Of a DNA stretch of 64,000 nucleotides, positions 1 through 14,600 are shown in pieces; the first letter of the stretch is position 1; the number at the start of each line of letters is the position of its first letter. The translations under genes and the position numbers were made by a program. The stretch lies in assembly GCF_024521635.1 (NCBI RefSeq), contig NW_026250408.1:682001-746000 (forward strand). Direction: 5' to 3'. Source of the stretch: Tricharina praecox (lineage: Eukaryota). Under the pieces are notes generated by a model. It saw only the letters and a program-made list of their open reading frames with translations, had not been told where the DNA came from and made no database searches.

Positions 1-418
1 AAGCGGGGGAGAAGGGGGGGAAGACGCGTTGTGCCGACGCAGTGACTCTCGACAGTATATGTACTCGTAGTTACTCCAGTACCCGTGTACCACCTACCGT
101 AGTATACGGAGGGATCAACGTGCGAGCGGTTTGTTCGCAGTCAGCCACCAGCAGCAAGCGATCGAAAGAGGATCCAGCGATGCTCTTTGTTGCTCTGTGC
201 TCTGCCTATCTCTCGCGCGATGATGCTCTCTGCTTTCTTTGTTCCAACCACGCGTCGGTGTGGGAAGCAGGAGGAGGAGACACCAATCGAACTGGACGTC
301 ATCTGGAGCAGTTATGTACGGTAGGTATGTGGGCGGATTGATACGCTAGACGCTGGAGCATGCAGTGCACATGCTCGAGGGACCACACCGCGCCCGGAAT
401 AAGAAAAGAATGCAAGAG

Positions 419-752
419 GGAGGAGGAGCAGGAGCAGGAGCATGAGTAGCAGCAGCAGCAGCGGAGGAGGAGCAGGAGCAGGAGCATGAGTAGCAGCAGC
501 AGCAGCGGAGGAGGGAACGGAAGAAGAAGAAGAAGAAGAAGAAGAAGAAGAAGAAGAAGAAGAAGAAGAAGAAGAAGAAGAAGAAGAAGAAGAAGAAGAA
601 GAACATGGCCGACGGGAGTCTGCCATCTCCGCCAACTCCGCCATGACCGCGAAATCCGGTTCTCCAGGCTGGTCGCGTCGTGCTCAACGGTGGCTGCTTC
701 CTGTGCTGCTTCCTGTGCTGCTTCCTGTGCTGCTTCCTGTGCTGCTTCCTGT
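419..752. repeat. Compound repeat: 44-bp direct repeat x2 (419-506), (GAA)28 (520-603), (GCTGCTTCCTGT)5 (693-752)
   Basis: Read directly from the sequence. Confidence 0.95.
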
Positions 753-1447
753 ACGGGCAATGTGCAAGTTTGACGGTGACCGGCGAAAGCTTGGGCGAAG
801 GAAGGAAGCATGTACGATACTCTATAACCAGTAGGTACTAGGAGATACTCTAAAGAGATTGAAAGCCAATAATACGCGAGCAGGTTGATGAGAAACTCTT
901 TCATCCCATGGCTTTTCGTTGACACCTAGCGATCTACCACACCATCTAGCCCATCGACGCGCGGGGAGTGGGGGAGAGGAGATTCACCGCACGGTTTCCT
1001 TTCCATCACGTCGTGGTGAAGTAAGTGCACATTCAATGGGTTTCCACGCACGGAACGGATTGAGTCGTCACCACCAGTCTACCTATGGTACCGTACCGGC
1101 TCGACTCCCGTTGTTCGCAGGCAAAGCATCATCTTCGTTTTATCCGTATCCAGCTAGGTGGGTGTTCCGTGTCCGTGTCGTCTGCCATCCGCTTGAGGAA
1201 ACCCCGCCCTCAAAACAAACCCTGCAAGTCGTGGTGTATGTACGGGAAGGTTTCCTCAGCGTGTTCCCGTGACAGGCCTGGCGCACCTAAATACTGCACC
1301 TTCCAACTCATGGATGCCTGGCTGGATGGCACGATCCGATGGGCACTCGTATGTCGTAACCGAGACAGCTGCGGATGTCTCTGGCTACGGCACCGTATGT
1401 AGCCACCGTCACTCCTACAAACCAACTGTACCCACCGGACGAGAACC

Positions 1448-1559
1448 AAAAAACAAAACAAAAGAAAAGAAAACAAAAAAAGAAAGAAAACAAAAAAAGA
1501 AAGAAAACAAAAAAAGAAAGAAAACAAAAAAAGAAAGAAAACAAAAAAAGAAAGAAAAC
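1448..1559. repeat. A-rich 17-bp minisatellite (AAAACAAAAAAAGAAAG), about 5-6 copies
   Basis: Tandem copies visible in the sequence. Confidence 0.9.
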
Positions 1560-3880
1560 ATGTTTTCCACTCTGGCGGCCCACTCAGTGCACTCAGTGGA
1601 CGCTCCATGCATACCGTACATCCATCCATACACCCATATGTACCTACGCCTTCCCACTGCCCAGCCACACGAAGAAGAGTCATATCATACCCACTCGCAC
1701 GGCCGGATCTGGAAGAGGGGCCATTGTGTGGAGCTGCTTGCTGCTGCTTGCTGCGTTCGCCGTTTGTATGTAGTGCACAATGCACATCTGTAGGCTCTCC
1801 GTCTTGAATCTTCCAATTGTTTACCTCCACATGTTTGATGTGCGTCGGCAGGACTGGGTTGGCGAAGTCCCGATAGTGCATGTACGGTGGGTATTGGGTA
1901 GGTCGGCATGGAGGTGTGATAGGTACTCGGCGGTCAGAAGCCGAAGGGCGGCATCAGGGCGGCATCGTCGAGATGGAGTACCGTATGTACCGTACATCCT
2001 ACCTACGATAATAACTACGGGAAGCTGACAATTTGCCGAGCAATTCTTCAAGCGGATACAAAGCCAGAGACCGCAATCAGGACGCACGCAGCACCCGCCC
2101 CCGCGAGGACGACAGAGCGTGCTGAGATACCGTCTTCAACCTCGGGGAATCGGTCGTGGCTACCTATGCTTACTTGGTACAGGCTGCCGACTACGAAGCT
2201 CTGGATTCTGAGTCGCCATGCCCCGCCGGGCACGTGGCTGGAGCATGGGGGGAGGGGGTGGGTTTTTCTGCCCCGAGCTTCTGATCGGTCGGAGCTTGTC
2301 AAGACCTACCGCACCAAACGAGGGGTGACGCAGTATGTCTCCGGACGCTTTGGGGTTGGGTCTTGGCATTGCACCCGCTCGTACTCACACCTCACACTCA
2401 CACCTCACACCTCACATCTCACACCTCACACATCGCAACTCACACCTCACACTTTACACTCCACACATCATGTCGAAGCTTCGATTCCGTAACCGTTATG
2501 ACAGCTGACGAATGACACTTGCCACATCATATCTTTGGGGGTTGTTTTCTCCAGCTCTTGCTGCGCAGATCGCGAAACGGATTTCAATTTTCCGCAGCGC
2601 ATATCCCGTGTAAACGCGGCCTGGCCTGGCCTGGCCAGTGGCCACTTGGAAGTTGGAAAAGAATGCATGTATCCGACTGCCCCTCCTCCCCCCGCCCTCA
2701 CCCCTCACCGAATCCCACCCCTTCTTGCTCCTGCTCCGGCACCTCCGTCGATATCAGGAAATGCCAAATGGTGCCCCTCTCGCTCATGGATCGGTCGTGT
2801 CACCACTTTCACTCCGACTCCCACTTCCAATTGTTTTGACTACTCGCCGGTCTCCGTTCACACTCGTCTGATGCCTACTCGTTCGCGCCCATCATCCCGT
2901 ACCTACCTGCGCAATCCTGTTTCTGCACGCTTTTTCTCTTTCTCCTCTTTCTTTCTTCCAGTGACGGTGTATGTAGGCAGGCAGCTACATGTCTGAAGCT
3001 GCTGATCGCATTCGACCCAAAACACCAGCGGAACCAACGGACCGACAGACCGGACCGGCGAACTTGGAAGGAAGGCAAAGGTGGAGGCGAAGCAAAGAAG
3101 ACAGACAGCCGCAAGAAAACGCGTGTTCCCGTGACCTGACCACGGTCGGCCAGCCGGCCGTGAAACCCCGGCTATCTATGCTAACTTAACGGAGGAGGGG
3201 TCGTTGTGGTTCGACCGTTCGGAGTATTCGGGAAGCGAGCTCTGCCCCACCTTCCCCCCGCCCCACCAACCGGCCAAGCCTAAGCTGCTCAAGCCGTTGA
3301 ACTTGGACGTCGAGGACCCGAGGTGGAACATGGAACATGGAAATAGCCGCTGCCGCTGCCCGTGCTGGCTGTGGAAAATCTGGGTATGTAGGGTTCGTAG
3401 AGGGGATTGCGCCATCGCGAGTGAGATGGAAATATAGTACCATGTAGAGGAACTGGGGAAATTTATATGGAAAAACGGCGTCTTCACCTCGTAATACCAA
3501 TAGACTGCAACGGACGAAACGAACGTCGAACACTCCGAGCACTGCAAACATCGCCGCAAGCGGGGCTAATCGACACAAAGGTTGAAAGGTAGGTAGACGG
3601 TGAAGACATAACCACCGTACAAACCGGTACATACCTTCTCAGCACACCCCGGCCCGTCCCTCCCACCAGGCGCTGACTCTTCCAGACCTTCCGTTCAGCA
3701 GATCACCGATTCCCACCCCGCAGCCGCCAATCCCACCCCGTCAATTCCAATTCGACTCGCACAAGCACAACCTCTCTACCTCCTCCACCACGGAAACCTC
3801 GTTCCAGCCAGCCAAGCCAGAAGAAGCACCAATCCTGCGCCGCCCACCCGCGTGACCTCCTCACATCACAGCACATCACC

Positions 3881-5030
3881 ATGGGCGCCGACAACGACAA
3901 CGATAGCGACGGCCTGTCTCGCACGCTGAAAGACCTCTTTGCCGGTGCGGCAGGAGGAGTCGCGCAGGTTCTGATCGGTGAGTTCTTCACCCTCCCATTG
4001 CAGCGGCCCAGCAACTGACGTTCCCCAGGCCAGCCATTCGGTACATCCCCCCTCCCCCCCACCCCTTCCCCCTCGCCCACCTCACCCCTAACCCTCCCTC
4101 TATAGACATAATAAAAGTCCGCCTCCAAACGACCTCTTTATACAGCAGCGCGCTGGACGCTGGCCGACAAATCTACGCGCACGAGGGGGCCTTGGCATTC
4201 TACAAGGGCACGCTAACGCCACTGATCGGTATCGGCGCGTGCGTGTCCGTGCAGTTCGGCGCGTTCCATGAGGCCCGGAGGAGGCTCGAGACTTGGAATA
4301 AGAAGTATAATCCGGGAAGGAGCGAGCTCACGTATGCGCAGTATTATCTCGCGGGTGCGACCGCGGGGGTTGCGAATAGTAAGTTTCCCCTTGGACGGAG
4401 GGGGGATGGGATTGGGAGGGGGCTGATGAAGGTGTGGAACGGCAGCGGTGCTCTCGAGCCCGATCGAGCATGTGCGCATCCGGCTGCAAACGCAGCCACA
4501 CGGGGCAGCGGCGCTGTACAGCGGGCCATTGGACTGCATCCGCAAGCTGATCTCACACGGCGGGGGGGTTAGCAGCGGGCTATACCGGGGCACGGGGGTG
4601 ACATTGCTGCGGGAGGCGCAAGCGTACGGCGTGTGGTTCCTAACGTTCGAGTACCTGATGAAGCGGACGATGCGGCACACGCGGCGCGAGGATATCCCCG
4701 CGTGGAAGATCGCGCTGTATGGAGGTCTTGCGGGCGAGGCGTTGTGGCTCGCTAGCTACCCGCTGGACGTCGTCAAGAGTAAACTTCAGACGGATGGGCT
4801 CAAAAAGGGGGAGCAGGTGTATAAGGGCGCCGTAGACTGTGCCAAGAAGGTCTGGGCGAAGGAGGGTGTCATGGGCTTTTGGAAGGGGCTGGCTCCTACC
4901 CTTATGAGGGCTATGCCCGTTTCCGCGGGTACTTTCTTTGTGTATGAACCCATCCCATTGGCAAACGTTACTTTCTGGACACGGCTGACTGGAGAATAGC
5001 GTCGAAACCACGATGAGGCTGATCAACTAG
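3881..5030 (+). CDS. YMC1: Mitochondrial carrier family (SLC25) protein, YMC1/YMC2-like; exons 3881-3977, 4029-4040, 4106-4378, 4446-4941, 5000-5030
   Basis: Spliced product has three carrier signatures: GQPFDIIKVRLQT, SPIEHVRIRLQTQ and SYPLDVVKSKLQTD. All introns are GT-AG with branch points and the frame is kept. Confidence 0.9.
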
Positions 5031-5258
5031 CGGGTGCAGAACGATGGAGGAGTTGGGGCAGCAACGGGTTCGACACATGCACATAGAAGATGGAGTGATA
5101 CCTTGTGATTATAGGCGATAGAAAGAAACCATCATAGATGAGATACATTGTACATAGAGTGTGATGACTCGTTGATGCTATGTACATTTAAATACATATT
5201 TCCTGATCACCCTCTCTATTTGGTCTAACCATTTTTTCCCTTCTACCGCCGCGACAAA

Positions 5259-6485
5259 CTAACTGCCATCCATTTCCATATCCATGTTCTCGGCCATCCG
5301 AGATTCCATCGCCTCGTCGTGCTGCGTCTTTCGGATTCTCTGGTTCTTGCCGTTCTCGCCGGCTCTTCCGAGGACTCCTGCGATCAATTGTATACACCGC
5401 AAGCTGCACCGGCATCATCCATTAGCCGCTTCACTTCACTTCACTTCACTTCACGTCCCCAATCAATCGGAAAGGAGAGCACGCACCTGTCGTCGTTCGC
5501 CGGGATCGGATACGTGACCCAAGTCGGATTCGCATCTGTGTCGATAACGCCAATGGTGGGGATACCGTAGAGGCCGCACTCATGCAGGAGGATATAGTTC
5601 TCGAGGGGATTCAAGCAGACGACCAGATCTGGTCTGAGGGGGTCCTGGCCCGTGAGCGGCCCATCCGGACTGGCCCTATCCGCAAAATCCTTTTCGACAA
5701 GCGCACCATGTCCGACAATCCTGGTTCCATTGGTAATCGTGCCAGGGACCCACTTTCCAAAGAGATGGCAGCCGCCGGTCATGCGTGCCGCCTCGACGAC
5801 GGCGCGGTCCTGGCCCTGCCGGTTGCCCACGAACAGGACGAGCCCGCCGTTGCGCGCGACGCCCTCGACGACCTTGGCTGCGCGCCGCAGGTGCGCCGCC
5901 GTCTGCTCCAAGGAGATGATGTGGATCCCCTGGCGGATGCCGAATATGTAGCGTTGGTTCGCGGGGTTCCATAGCGACGTCGAGTGCCCTAGGTGCGCGC
6001 CGGATGCGAGGAGTAGCTCCAGCGTGATGTCTTTGGGACGTGGTGGAGAGGTTACCATTCGGTGAGGCTTGTAGTGCGGCGAGATCGTCGAGCCCAGCAT
6101 ACCGCTGGTCGAGCCTGCTGCTGTGTCAGTGGCGGGCCGCGGCGGGGCGGGGGTGAGGGGGCCATAGGGTGCACGTACGGAATCGCTGCAGCAGGTCGAA
6201 GTCGTCCTTGAGGCTCATGGGGGCTTCCCAGTCGATCGGGCGCTTCTTGTGGTCATTGGTAGGGGGTTCCTGCGGGTGCTCAGGGAGGTGGTGGCCCTGC
6301 GAGAGATCAGATTCGGGGTGGGTCGAGAGATGGCGGCGAACGGCGGCGGCGGGGGAGGATGACACCGATGTCAATCGGCCTGTAGGTTGCAAGCCGTCAT
6401 CGTCAGTACGAGTCCACCTCTACATTACGGGGCGGAGTGGAGAGAGGCGCGTACTCCCTCCGAGAAACGCTCTTCTGATGATCAT
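5259..6485 (-). CDS. MRP4: Mitochondrial small-subunit ribosomal protein uS2m; 3 introns
   Basis: Ribosomal S2 motifs LLASGAHLGH..WNP..YIFGIRQGIHII and PTIGVIDTDANP..VTYPIPANDDS-LRCIQLIAGVLGRAG. The N-terminus MIIRRAFL looks like a mitochondrial presequence. Confidence 0.9.
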
Positions 6486-6891
6486 CGTGTATGCTGTGTG
6501 GTGGGGAAGTTGCTTGTCCGTGCCATGCTTTGGTAGGTCACGAATTTTTGACGTCGCACCAGGTTTTCTCGGCAAATCTTTACCGAGTGCTGCGCATTCC
6601 GATGCTCGGAATTCAGTCCACTCACATCGGGACTGGTTTTTATGCTCCACCACGTGCAATTCCAGATCGTATTCATATCTTATTGAGAGAAAGAGGGAGA
6701 GAGAGGCGGAAGGGAACCATATCGTGTTCCTCAGAGAAGAAAAGAAAGCAAAACAAAATGAGCACAAACAATGAACCGACCCGCAGCGAAGTAGTAGTAG
6801 TATTACAAAAACGGAAAAACAAGTCCATCGATTACACCCAGTATGAATTGCTCGTTATTCCAATCATCCAACAATCATCCAGACCATTCAA

Positions 6892-8673
6892 TCATCTGCG
6901 GATCTCGAAGGATCCACGGTGTTCACGGAGCTCGCGCAAATCAATCGAGCCCCTACCCTGATCAAAGCTAGCCCTCATGGAACTGGATGAACTGCGGCGT
7001 CTCTGGCGCCTTGCTTGATTGGGGTCGTCAGGCGCGAGGCCTGCACTCTTTGCGATGAGATGAAGAATGTCAGTGAGAGAAACAACCCCAGTGAGTCTGC
7101 CGCTCAATCTCATGCCCGGAAGACCAGACGCCCCAGGAGCCGCGAATGACGGAGGCGAGTAGGGGTGTGTGGGTAACATGGCTGCGGGGGGTGGTATAGC
7201 GACGGCCGGTGTGATGGTGGGAGTTGGCGGCGCACTCGATGCCGGGCTCGGGGTCTCGACGATCCACATTCTACATTCGATTCGGTAAGAAGACAGGTCG
7301 ATGGTGGGGATTCTTTCGATTCCTTACCTGTGTGCCTGTGTAGCCACAATCTTTGCGACGGTGTGGGCCAAAGAGGACAGCGGGTTGACGTGGAAAACGG
7401 GGTATGAATCCTTTCCATCGCTCAATCCTCTATCCGTCAAAATCACCGTGAGGAAGTGGAAGCACGATGCTCTCAGCAAAGGGATCGAGCTTGATCTCGT
7501 GAGGTACTGGAGCACGGCGTTCAGTCAGTATATAAACCTGGCCATCCGGAACATTGGGGGTGTACCTTGACGTCGGCCGTCGAGATGTTTCCCATGACAT
7601 TGAATTGGTTGTCGACAACAGCCAGCGATGAGACTCCTTCCGAATTCATCAACTCGAGGGCATCCAGCACCATCTTGTCACCGCTGTGATAGTTAGCGAT
7701 CATACAATCATACATCTATACGTCGTACACAGTCTTCATATAGTGGTTTGCATTCGTTGCAGCAGCAGGGTCAGGGGACTCGTTGGGAGTGTGTTACTTT
7801 ATCGATATGACGATGGAGGACCCAATGCCAAGTTCACGCAAACTGCACGGATACAAAGCTTCTATGCTGGAGAAGCATCTGCCATAATCCCAAAAGAATC
7901 GAATCAAGCGGAGCTGGCTTATGATCCCAATAACTTGGTTTGTGCCTTCCCGAACAACGGCAATGCGGTGCACGCCACTTCCGAGCACCTCGACGACCTT
8001 CGTCAATGGTGCCGATTCTGGTACCGTGATGAAAGGATCCTTCTTTCCCAGGTCCTTTACGAGCTTTACGGGAATCGATCCTCCGGCGCGAGCTTTCCTG
8101 GCCAGCTCTTCGAACGAGGAGAGATCCTCATCTTCTTCCGGCTGATAGAGCCCCATGATCAACAGCAGGAATGCGTTCAGATCGGTGTAATCGAAGGTTC
8201 CGCACACGCTCTCATCGTCCGGAGAGGTGCGAATGGGTAGCGATGACAATCCATGATCGATGAGCATCTAGACGGTTGGTAAGCGCTGCGCGATCGATGC
8301 GGAACACCATTCACAAACGCGCGATCGCCCCTGGGCGAACCCCCGCCCCCCAAGCCGGAGGTCTTACCTGACATGCAGTCTCAACGGGGGTGTCGAGCTC
8401 TACGAACTGGAGCACCTGCTGATCGATCAACTCTCCGGCAGAGACAGATCTCCAGTCTCTCAGGAGACCTCCTTCTCCCTCTTGCTTCGGTAACGGCGGG
8501 GTCGAGAGAAGGTCGGCCATCGAGTGCTGCACGGTCGAGAGGTGGCGCGAGGGTGAACGCGGAGAGGACGGTGGTGGAGCTCCGCGCAGGCTTCCAGTGC
8601 TCTGGCGCGAGGTCAAGCTCGGCGACGACCCGTAGGCGGCTGGAGACGGTTGACGTGGGGCGTCCGACGACAT
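6892..8673 (-). CDS. SDS23: CBS-domain protein Sds23/Sds24-like; 4 introns
   Basis: Tandem CBS motifs across exons: [73 protein letters not shown] and GVVSLTDIL. Confidence 0.9.
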
Positions 8674-11600
8674 TCCGGGTGAACTTGTTTGGTTGAACTG
8701 AAGGGTACGAAGTCGATTTGTTTGGGATACTGATATTTACCCCGCTTCACGGACCCGTCTCACGACGATAGAGTGGCGGCCGTGCAACTGGGGCGCAGGA
8801 GAGCGATGAGTGCAGATGTGTAAGATGGAGGGATGGGGGTTGTTGGTAGTTGTTCCTTTGTATATATTTTGTTTTTTTCAGTGATGTAAGGAATGAGAAA
8901 TGTCGGTTGTAGGTGCAGGTTGTGGAGATGGCGAGTTGTGCAGCATCAGCAGCTTTGTGGGGGAGAGCTCCAGTTTGAAGCGGGGGTTGAGCTAAGAAGG
9001 CGGGGATACGGTACTACCGTACTTTACGCCATCAGCTCCACTCACGGGGTACAGGAATGCTGCCGAATCGCTGTCTCTCGATCAAGATCTTCAGCGAGCG
9101 GCAGGCAAAGCGATTGGGAGGCCCGCTTTCAGTGAATCAAGGTCAAAGCCTCGTTCTTGCTCTGTCAACCCCGCTATGGTAATGGTACTCTAGATACGCT
9201 CTCGTGCATCATCTCCCCAGACCCGACGAACCTGGAAAAACACCCCTAACCCGATCTGCTCACCTTCATGCAACTTCGCAGCACCTGGGTACTTGGTTAC
9301 CGGCACCTGAGCCCCCTCAATCCGACGATCCTCCTACGATGGCAGAGCAAGTACGATGTACTCTGTGTTTGAAAGAACGTTTTCAATCGGATGATTTTCG
9401 TACGGCGACTGGAGGGCATCCGGCTGCAGCGCATGATGTACGGTTTTGGACATTTGGACATCCAGAGCGCAACATACATGCTGATGTTGTCGAAGCAGGT
9501 CAGGTGACATACGTACCGGATCGACTGCCGTCATTGGCGTCCCAGAGGGAGAGTTCCGGCGTAGTTATGGACTGCGCCGCTCGCCTCGGTACTCTAATAC
9601 GGGTCGGTGCGGGCCCGTCGGGAAGGCTCCGGAGCGAAGCAGGAGTCGGCAACCAGTTGCTCTCGACTCGTCTGATGCCGTGAGGGAAAATCATACTTCC
9701 AGCCAAGCAAGTGCCTTTTCCATCTCCACCTCCAAGGCTCCACCTCCGCTCCACACTGTCTGTTACCTTCGTTGTCACTGCGCGCGGCGCACTGGCCGGC
9801 GCTGGGGCTTGCTGCACCATTTGTGGGGGAATCACTATCCAAAGACCGTTGTGGAGAGCTTCCTTGGAGTCTTCGGATTTCGTATCATAGATTCATAGAG
9901 TGGGCAATTCGGCAACAGCCTCTGGCTTCCCAAAGACGTTCTCACAGCAGGTGGGGTTACGCTAGAACACATTCCTCAATATGATAGTGAGCATGGACCG
10001 TTTAAGCTGTTTGGAATATGGATATAATGTTGTTGCACTGGCCGTTGTCCGCTTGACTACGGGTTCCGTCCATGATATCTGGGTAAGTGAGCTATATGTG
10101 TTGAAAGACTGGATTCTAGTATGTACATACCTCATACGAGGTCTTCTTGGTTGGGGTTTTATGTTTTTACGCTGGGTGTGCTGGGTGTGGTTTGATACGG
10201 CACGAGTGCACGGGTTTATCGTTTCGCATCAATGGTTCAAGCTATCGGTAAGCATATACATTCTTTTCCCATGCTTCCCAGGGGGGCAACTACTGCTGCC
10301 ATAGATATCTCATCTTGTGCCTCTGACGATCCGGCGAAGCGACGGAGCATATCAGGTCACTCGGGAAAAACATCCACCCACGATGCTTACGACACGATAC
10401 TGTGAGCCTCGATTGCTATGATCAAAATTATGGCTTGAAGCATCTATATATGTACAAGATGTGAGCCCCGCGCACTCTTACCGATCGATCCCACGGGTTG
10501 GAGTAGGTATGCTACATCACCGTACCAGCCTTCCATGCAAAATCAAAAGTCACCTCAGCATCGGTCTTCAGGATTCCGCAGCGGTCAAAGTACTTACGGG
10601 TCCACGATGGCAGTCTCTGTCGTGATGCGGCCAGAAGCCGAGTCCTCCTAACCCCCCATATGTATCCCGATGGCAAACCAGACTTCGTAAATCGGAAGCA
10701 TAAGTAGCGTGATATCCCATGAAGCGCCATCTGCGGGCTATGCGAGCGGGTTTCTGGGCATGGCCACTGTGAGGAGACACATAAAGGCTAATGGCGACTA
10801 GCCTGAGTGTGTATAGGTGCCGTATGCTTAGTAGTGGCATAGTTGCGGTTCTGGACAAAGCTGGCAAGAGTATGTACTTTGCTGTCGGCCAGAATGGTCG
10901 GAGAGTTCGGGCTGTGGCCGTGGAAAGTAGCTCTTGATTGGAGGGGATAACATGACATCGAGGGCTGAGGTGGTATGTAGCTGAGTGTGTGTGTATGTAC
11001 CTGATGTGTATCGTAAGTTGTGGGGAAGAGATGTGAGCCTACCGTCGTCGTCGTCGTCGACGACGTCGCAATGGCACTTTGCGTACACTCCCAGCGCGAT
11101 GGTATGGTCGAGTGCTTATCTGTACGTAGGCTTGTTCGAACTGCAGATTGCCTTGCCTTACCTTACGCAAGAGTCGTCACCCCCGCAGCAAGAACAACGA
11201 CCGTACGATATCTACCTACGGGTAACTATCCAATACGTCCACGAGCACGAACACGGTTACTCGCCACAACCGTATATACCACAGCAGCAACAGTAAAGGG
11301 CCGAGTGCCGTATGCTGGCGATGGGATAGGACCTAGTCAATCGGACGAGAGAGTGTCCCGACCCCCGGAATATCCAAACGTGGTGTGATCGCTGGAGATC
11401 TCTGGAGATGGGGCCCGATGACTCGTGAGTGAAAACCCATGATGCCACAGGCCCACAGCCAGCGACGAGAAGTCCAAGGTCGGGATTCGGTCCGACGGGA
11501 GCATTGTCGCCGGTCGGGCTTGCCGATGCTATAGCCCAGTGGTGCTTTTGCCACCCGGCACCCCGTTCCGACCCGTCGAATAGGGACGGAGACGGAGACG

Positions 11601-14600
11601 GCAGTCCGACTCTGGAAGCATCCACCGGGGGCACGGGGCAGACGTCGTACGATTCTTTGCGGAAAAATGCCGGAGGCGGCTGCTGAGAACGGTGGGCGGG
11701 CGAAAGAGTGGAGTTCCGTGACCAGCCACCGCCCACCGGTAAGTCGGCCTAGAACATTAAACTCGGTGCTTTCGGGACGGGGGATGGGGGGTAATCGACA
11801 GTCAAATGGTTCTGCTGGGGAAGGGTTGAACATGGAAAACTGATAGTTGGTGAACGAATGAAATCTATACTACCCATAGCCAGAACACCAGCCCGTTGCG
11901 TGCGCGCTGCTCAGCGGCCTCGCCGATACCTAACAGAGACTTCAGTCTTCAGGACCGCGTGATGTTGATATTAACTTTGCCTCCAAATATAGGATGCATA
12001 ATCAGACTTCCCCATGTGCATCGTGCATCGTGCACCTTCTGATAATGGCCAGAGTTTTTTGTTTTTTGTTCCCCACTGCCCGTGTTTGGTTCCCGGGGCC
12101 GGTCTACCTGCCACTCTTGGTCCTGGGAGTTAAAGATAGGTGTGTATGTATGCTAGGTGACCTGTGCCAGCGGATCAGAGCACCTGTTATGGACCCCCCC
12201 TTCAAGCCGTGAGTATCGAGCTGCGGAGTCGGGTTGATCAATACGAGAGTCGACGAGCACGGCCATTACATTTTGCCCCTCGCCCCTCCGTATTCGCTGC
12301 ATGACCACCAGGGTCCTGATCCCATCCTGATCCCCTCTCATCCCCAGGCACTCTGCGAAGTGCGAATCTCAAAGTGGTGACCACGGATAAAACCGTGCAG
12401 TGACGACTTCCCACTTCCCACTTCCCACTTCCCACTGGCCAGTCCTTTCCTGCGCGAGAACCTCGTTACAGCACTGTTATCCATCTCCAGACTCCCATGC
12501 CCCTCTAACTAGGTAGCGCATCCATCCAGCCGTATCTGGAGAAAGCGGAAGTCTTTAGAGTATTTGCGCCCCATATGTAGGCCATCAAGACTGGAAACGG
12601 ACGCAGTGCGCACTAGTTAGTTGGAGCAGGTCGTATAGAGTACATAGAAGCCTTCGTGAGGAGTGGGGGCCTTTTCTCCCTTCCATCCCTCCCATCCCAT
12701 CCCATCCATCCATCCCTTCCCTTCCCTTCCGGCGCGGCAGTTGGGTCGATACTCGGCAGCGTCCAGTCAAGTTTCCTCCTCGCAGGCAGGCAGACAGACA
12801 GACAGACAGACAGACAAACGACGTGCGTGCACGAGTGCGATGTATGTAGTATGTTGGGTACATATTGTGAGATTCGGGGGTAGACCCAATACGGTCGCCT
12901 CAAAGTTAAAATGTTCTCTGTCGCTGCTTTTATGTTGGTCTAGTCGGTCGGTCTGTCGTTCAACATATAGATAAGACATAAGACATTATCACCACCGCAG
13001 ACATTATTATCAACACCAACACCGTAGAGGTACTTTGAGGTTTTTCAGTCTGGAGACCACAGGCTGCTCTTCTTTCTTGTTGCTTTTTAGCCAATTGAAT
13101 CAGTCTCATCAGTTGCCCGTGCCTTTCGAGGGTCTCCCAATATGCAGAGTACAACAATCCCCTCGCAGGGCAGCTGAGGTGGGGTTTTGCTACTTGCTGC
13201 CACCCACCTCATCCACTCACTCGTGACTCTGTCCGCCTCAACCGACATGCATATGTAGAGTGCATGGCATAGGCATGGGGGCCGACGAGACGGTTCCACG
13301 ATCCATCACGGCAGTTCTATATATACCTCTACTAGTATACTAGTAGTCTAGTTAGTACATCTCCTCCAGTGAGTCGCGACCCTGGGCTCCGTCGCTCCGG
13401 ACTCTGGAGGTGAGGTGGGAGAGCCGCACTAGTTACTCTACGCAACGTCAAGACGCAACGGCTCTGGCGCCCCAAGCGGTCGTTCGGCGGTCAGGTCAAG
13501 TTCAAGTTCAACCCTCTTCTGATGTCGCCTCGATTTTTCCCCGCCTCACCCGCGATGTCCAGCCTCCAGGAGGAGGGGGGGACCTTGCATTCCTGTATGT
13601 ATGACATGAGAAACTACCTAGCATAGAAGCCACCCACGATCGATTCGTCGAACAAGCAAGCAAGATCCTTCCTTCCTTCACTTGACTTGCGCGACAGGGG
13701 GAGGACTGGGGGGACGGGGGCAGGAATTAACGTTTTGATGACTTACCTTCCTTCCTTCGGACTTCAAGCTTCAGGCTTCGAGATATTTGTTATCCAACCG
13801 GGCTTGGCCGAGAGTCAGTGTTTTAAATATTTATTTACGCAGGGTCGGTCCACCGCCCGGGTGCGGAAGCCAATCTTGCGTTAACTTTGATCCTGATCCT
13901 GATCCTGATCCTGACATCCTTGGCGTTGCCTATCGGAAAGGGCGTAGTTCCATATGTACCTTGTGGTTGGACTGTTGGAGGAGGAGGGGGAGGGGGAGGG
14001 GACGGGAGGGTTGAACGAAGATCCCGCGGTGTCCACCTCGGGAATAACTAGAGTAGTTATGTGAGCGTGGGTGGGTGGGTTGGAACGACTTCGTATTCGG
14101 GAATCGGGATGGTTGGTGGGGTGGGGAGGTTGGAAAACGCTTTCGATCATCGTTGTGAAGCGATGTATCTGGGTATGTTAGCTCTGGAGCGTAGGCGGGC
14201 AGAAAGAAAGAGGGCGGGGGGACATAGAGTTTCTAGTTGTATCGTCATCGCTGTCGGTCCCGGATAACAGTTGCCGTAAGGGAGGAGGGAGGGGAGGAAG
14301 AAGCTACAGTATCTACCCGTCGATTGGACATCCCAAGCGGACGCGGGCCCGCGGCGGACAGGAATAGTACCTACAAAGTCGCGTCTTTTTAGCTCGATCT
14401 AGAGGCTAAATATCATAGTTAGAAGCTGTATGTATGTCATGTTTGGATGACCTACCTATGCATGTATGCATGTATGGCTGCTGTCCGATGGATGAACATG
14501 ATTCGATTTATCCACCCCGTCCAGCCCATCCAGCCCATCCATCGGTTTTGGCCGACCACCGCTCCTCCTGCTCCTCCTCCTCCTCCTCCTCCTCCTCCTC

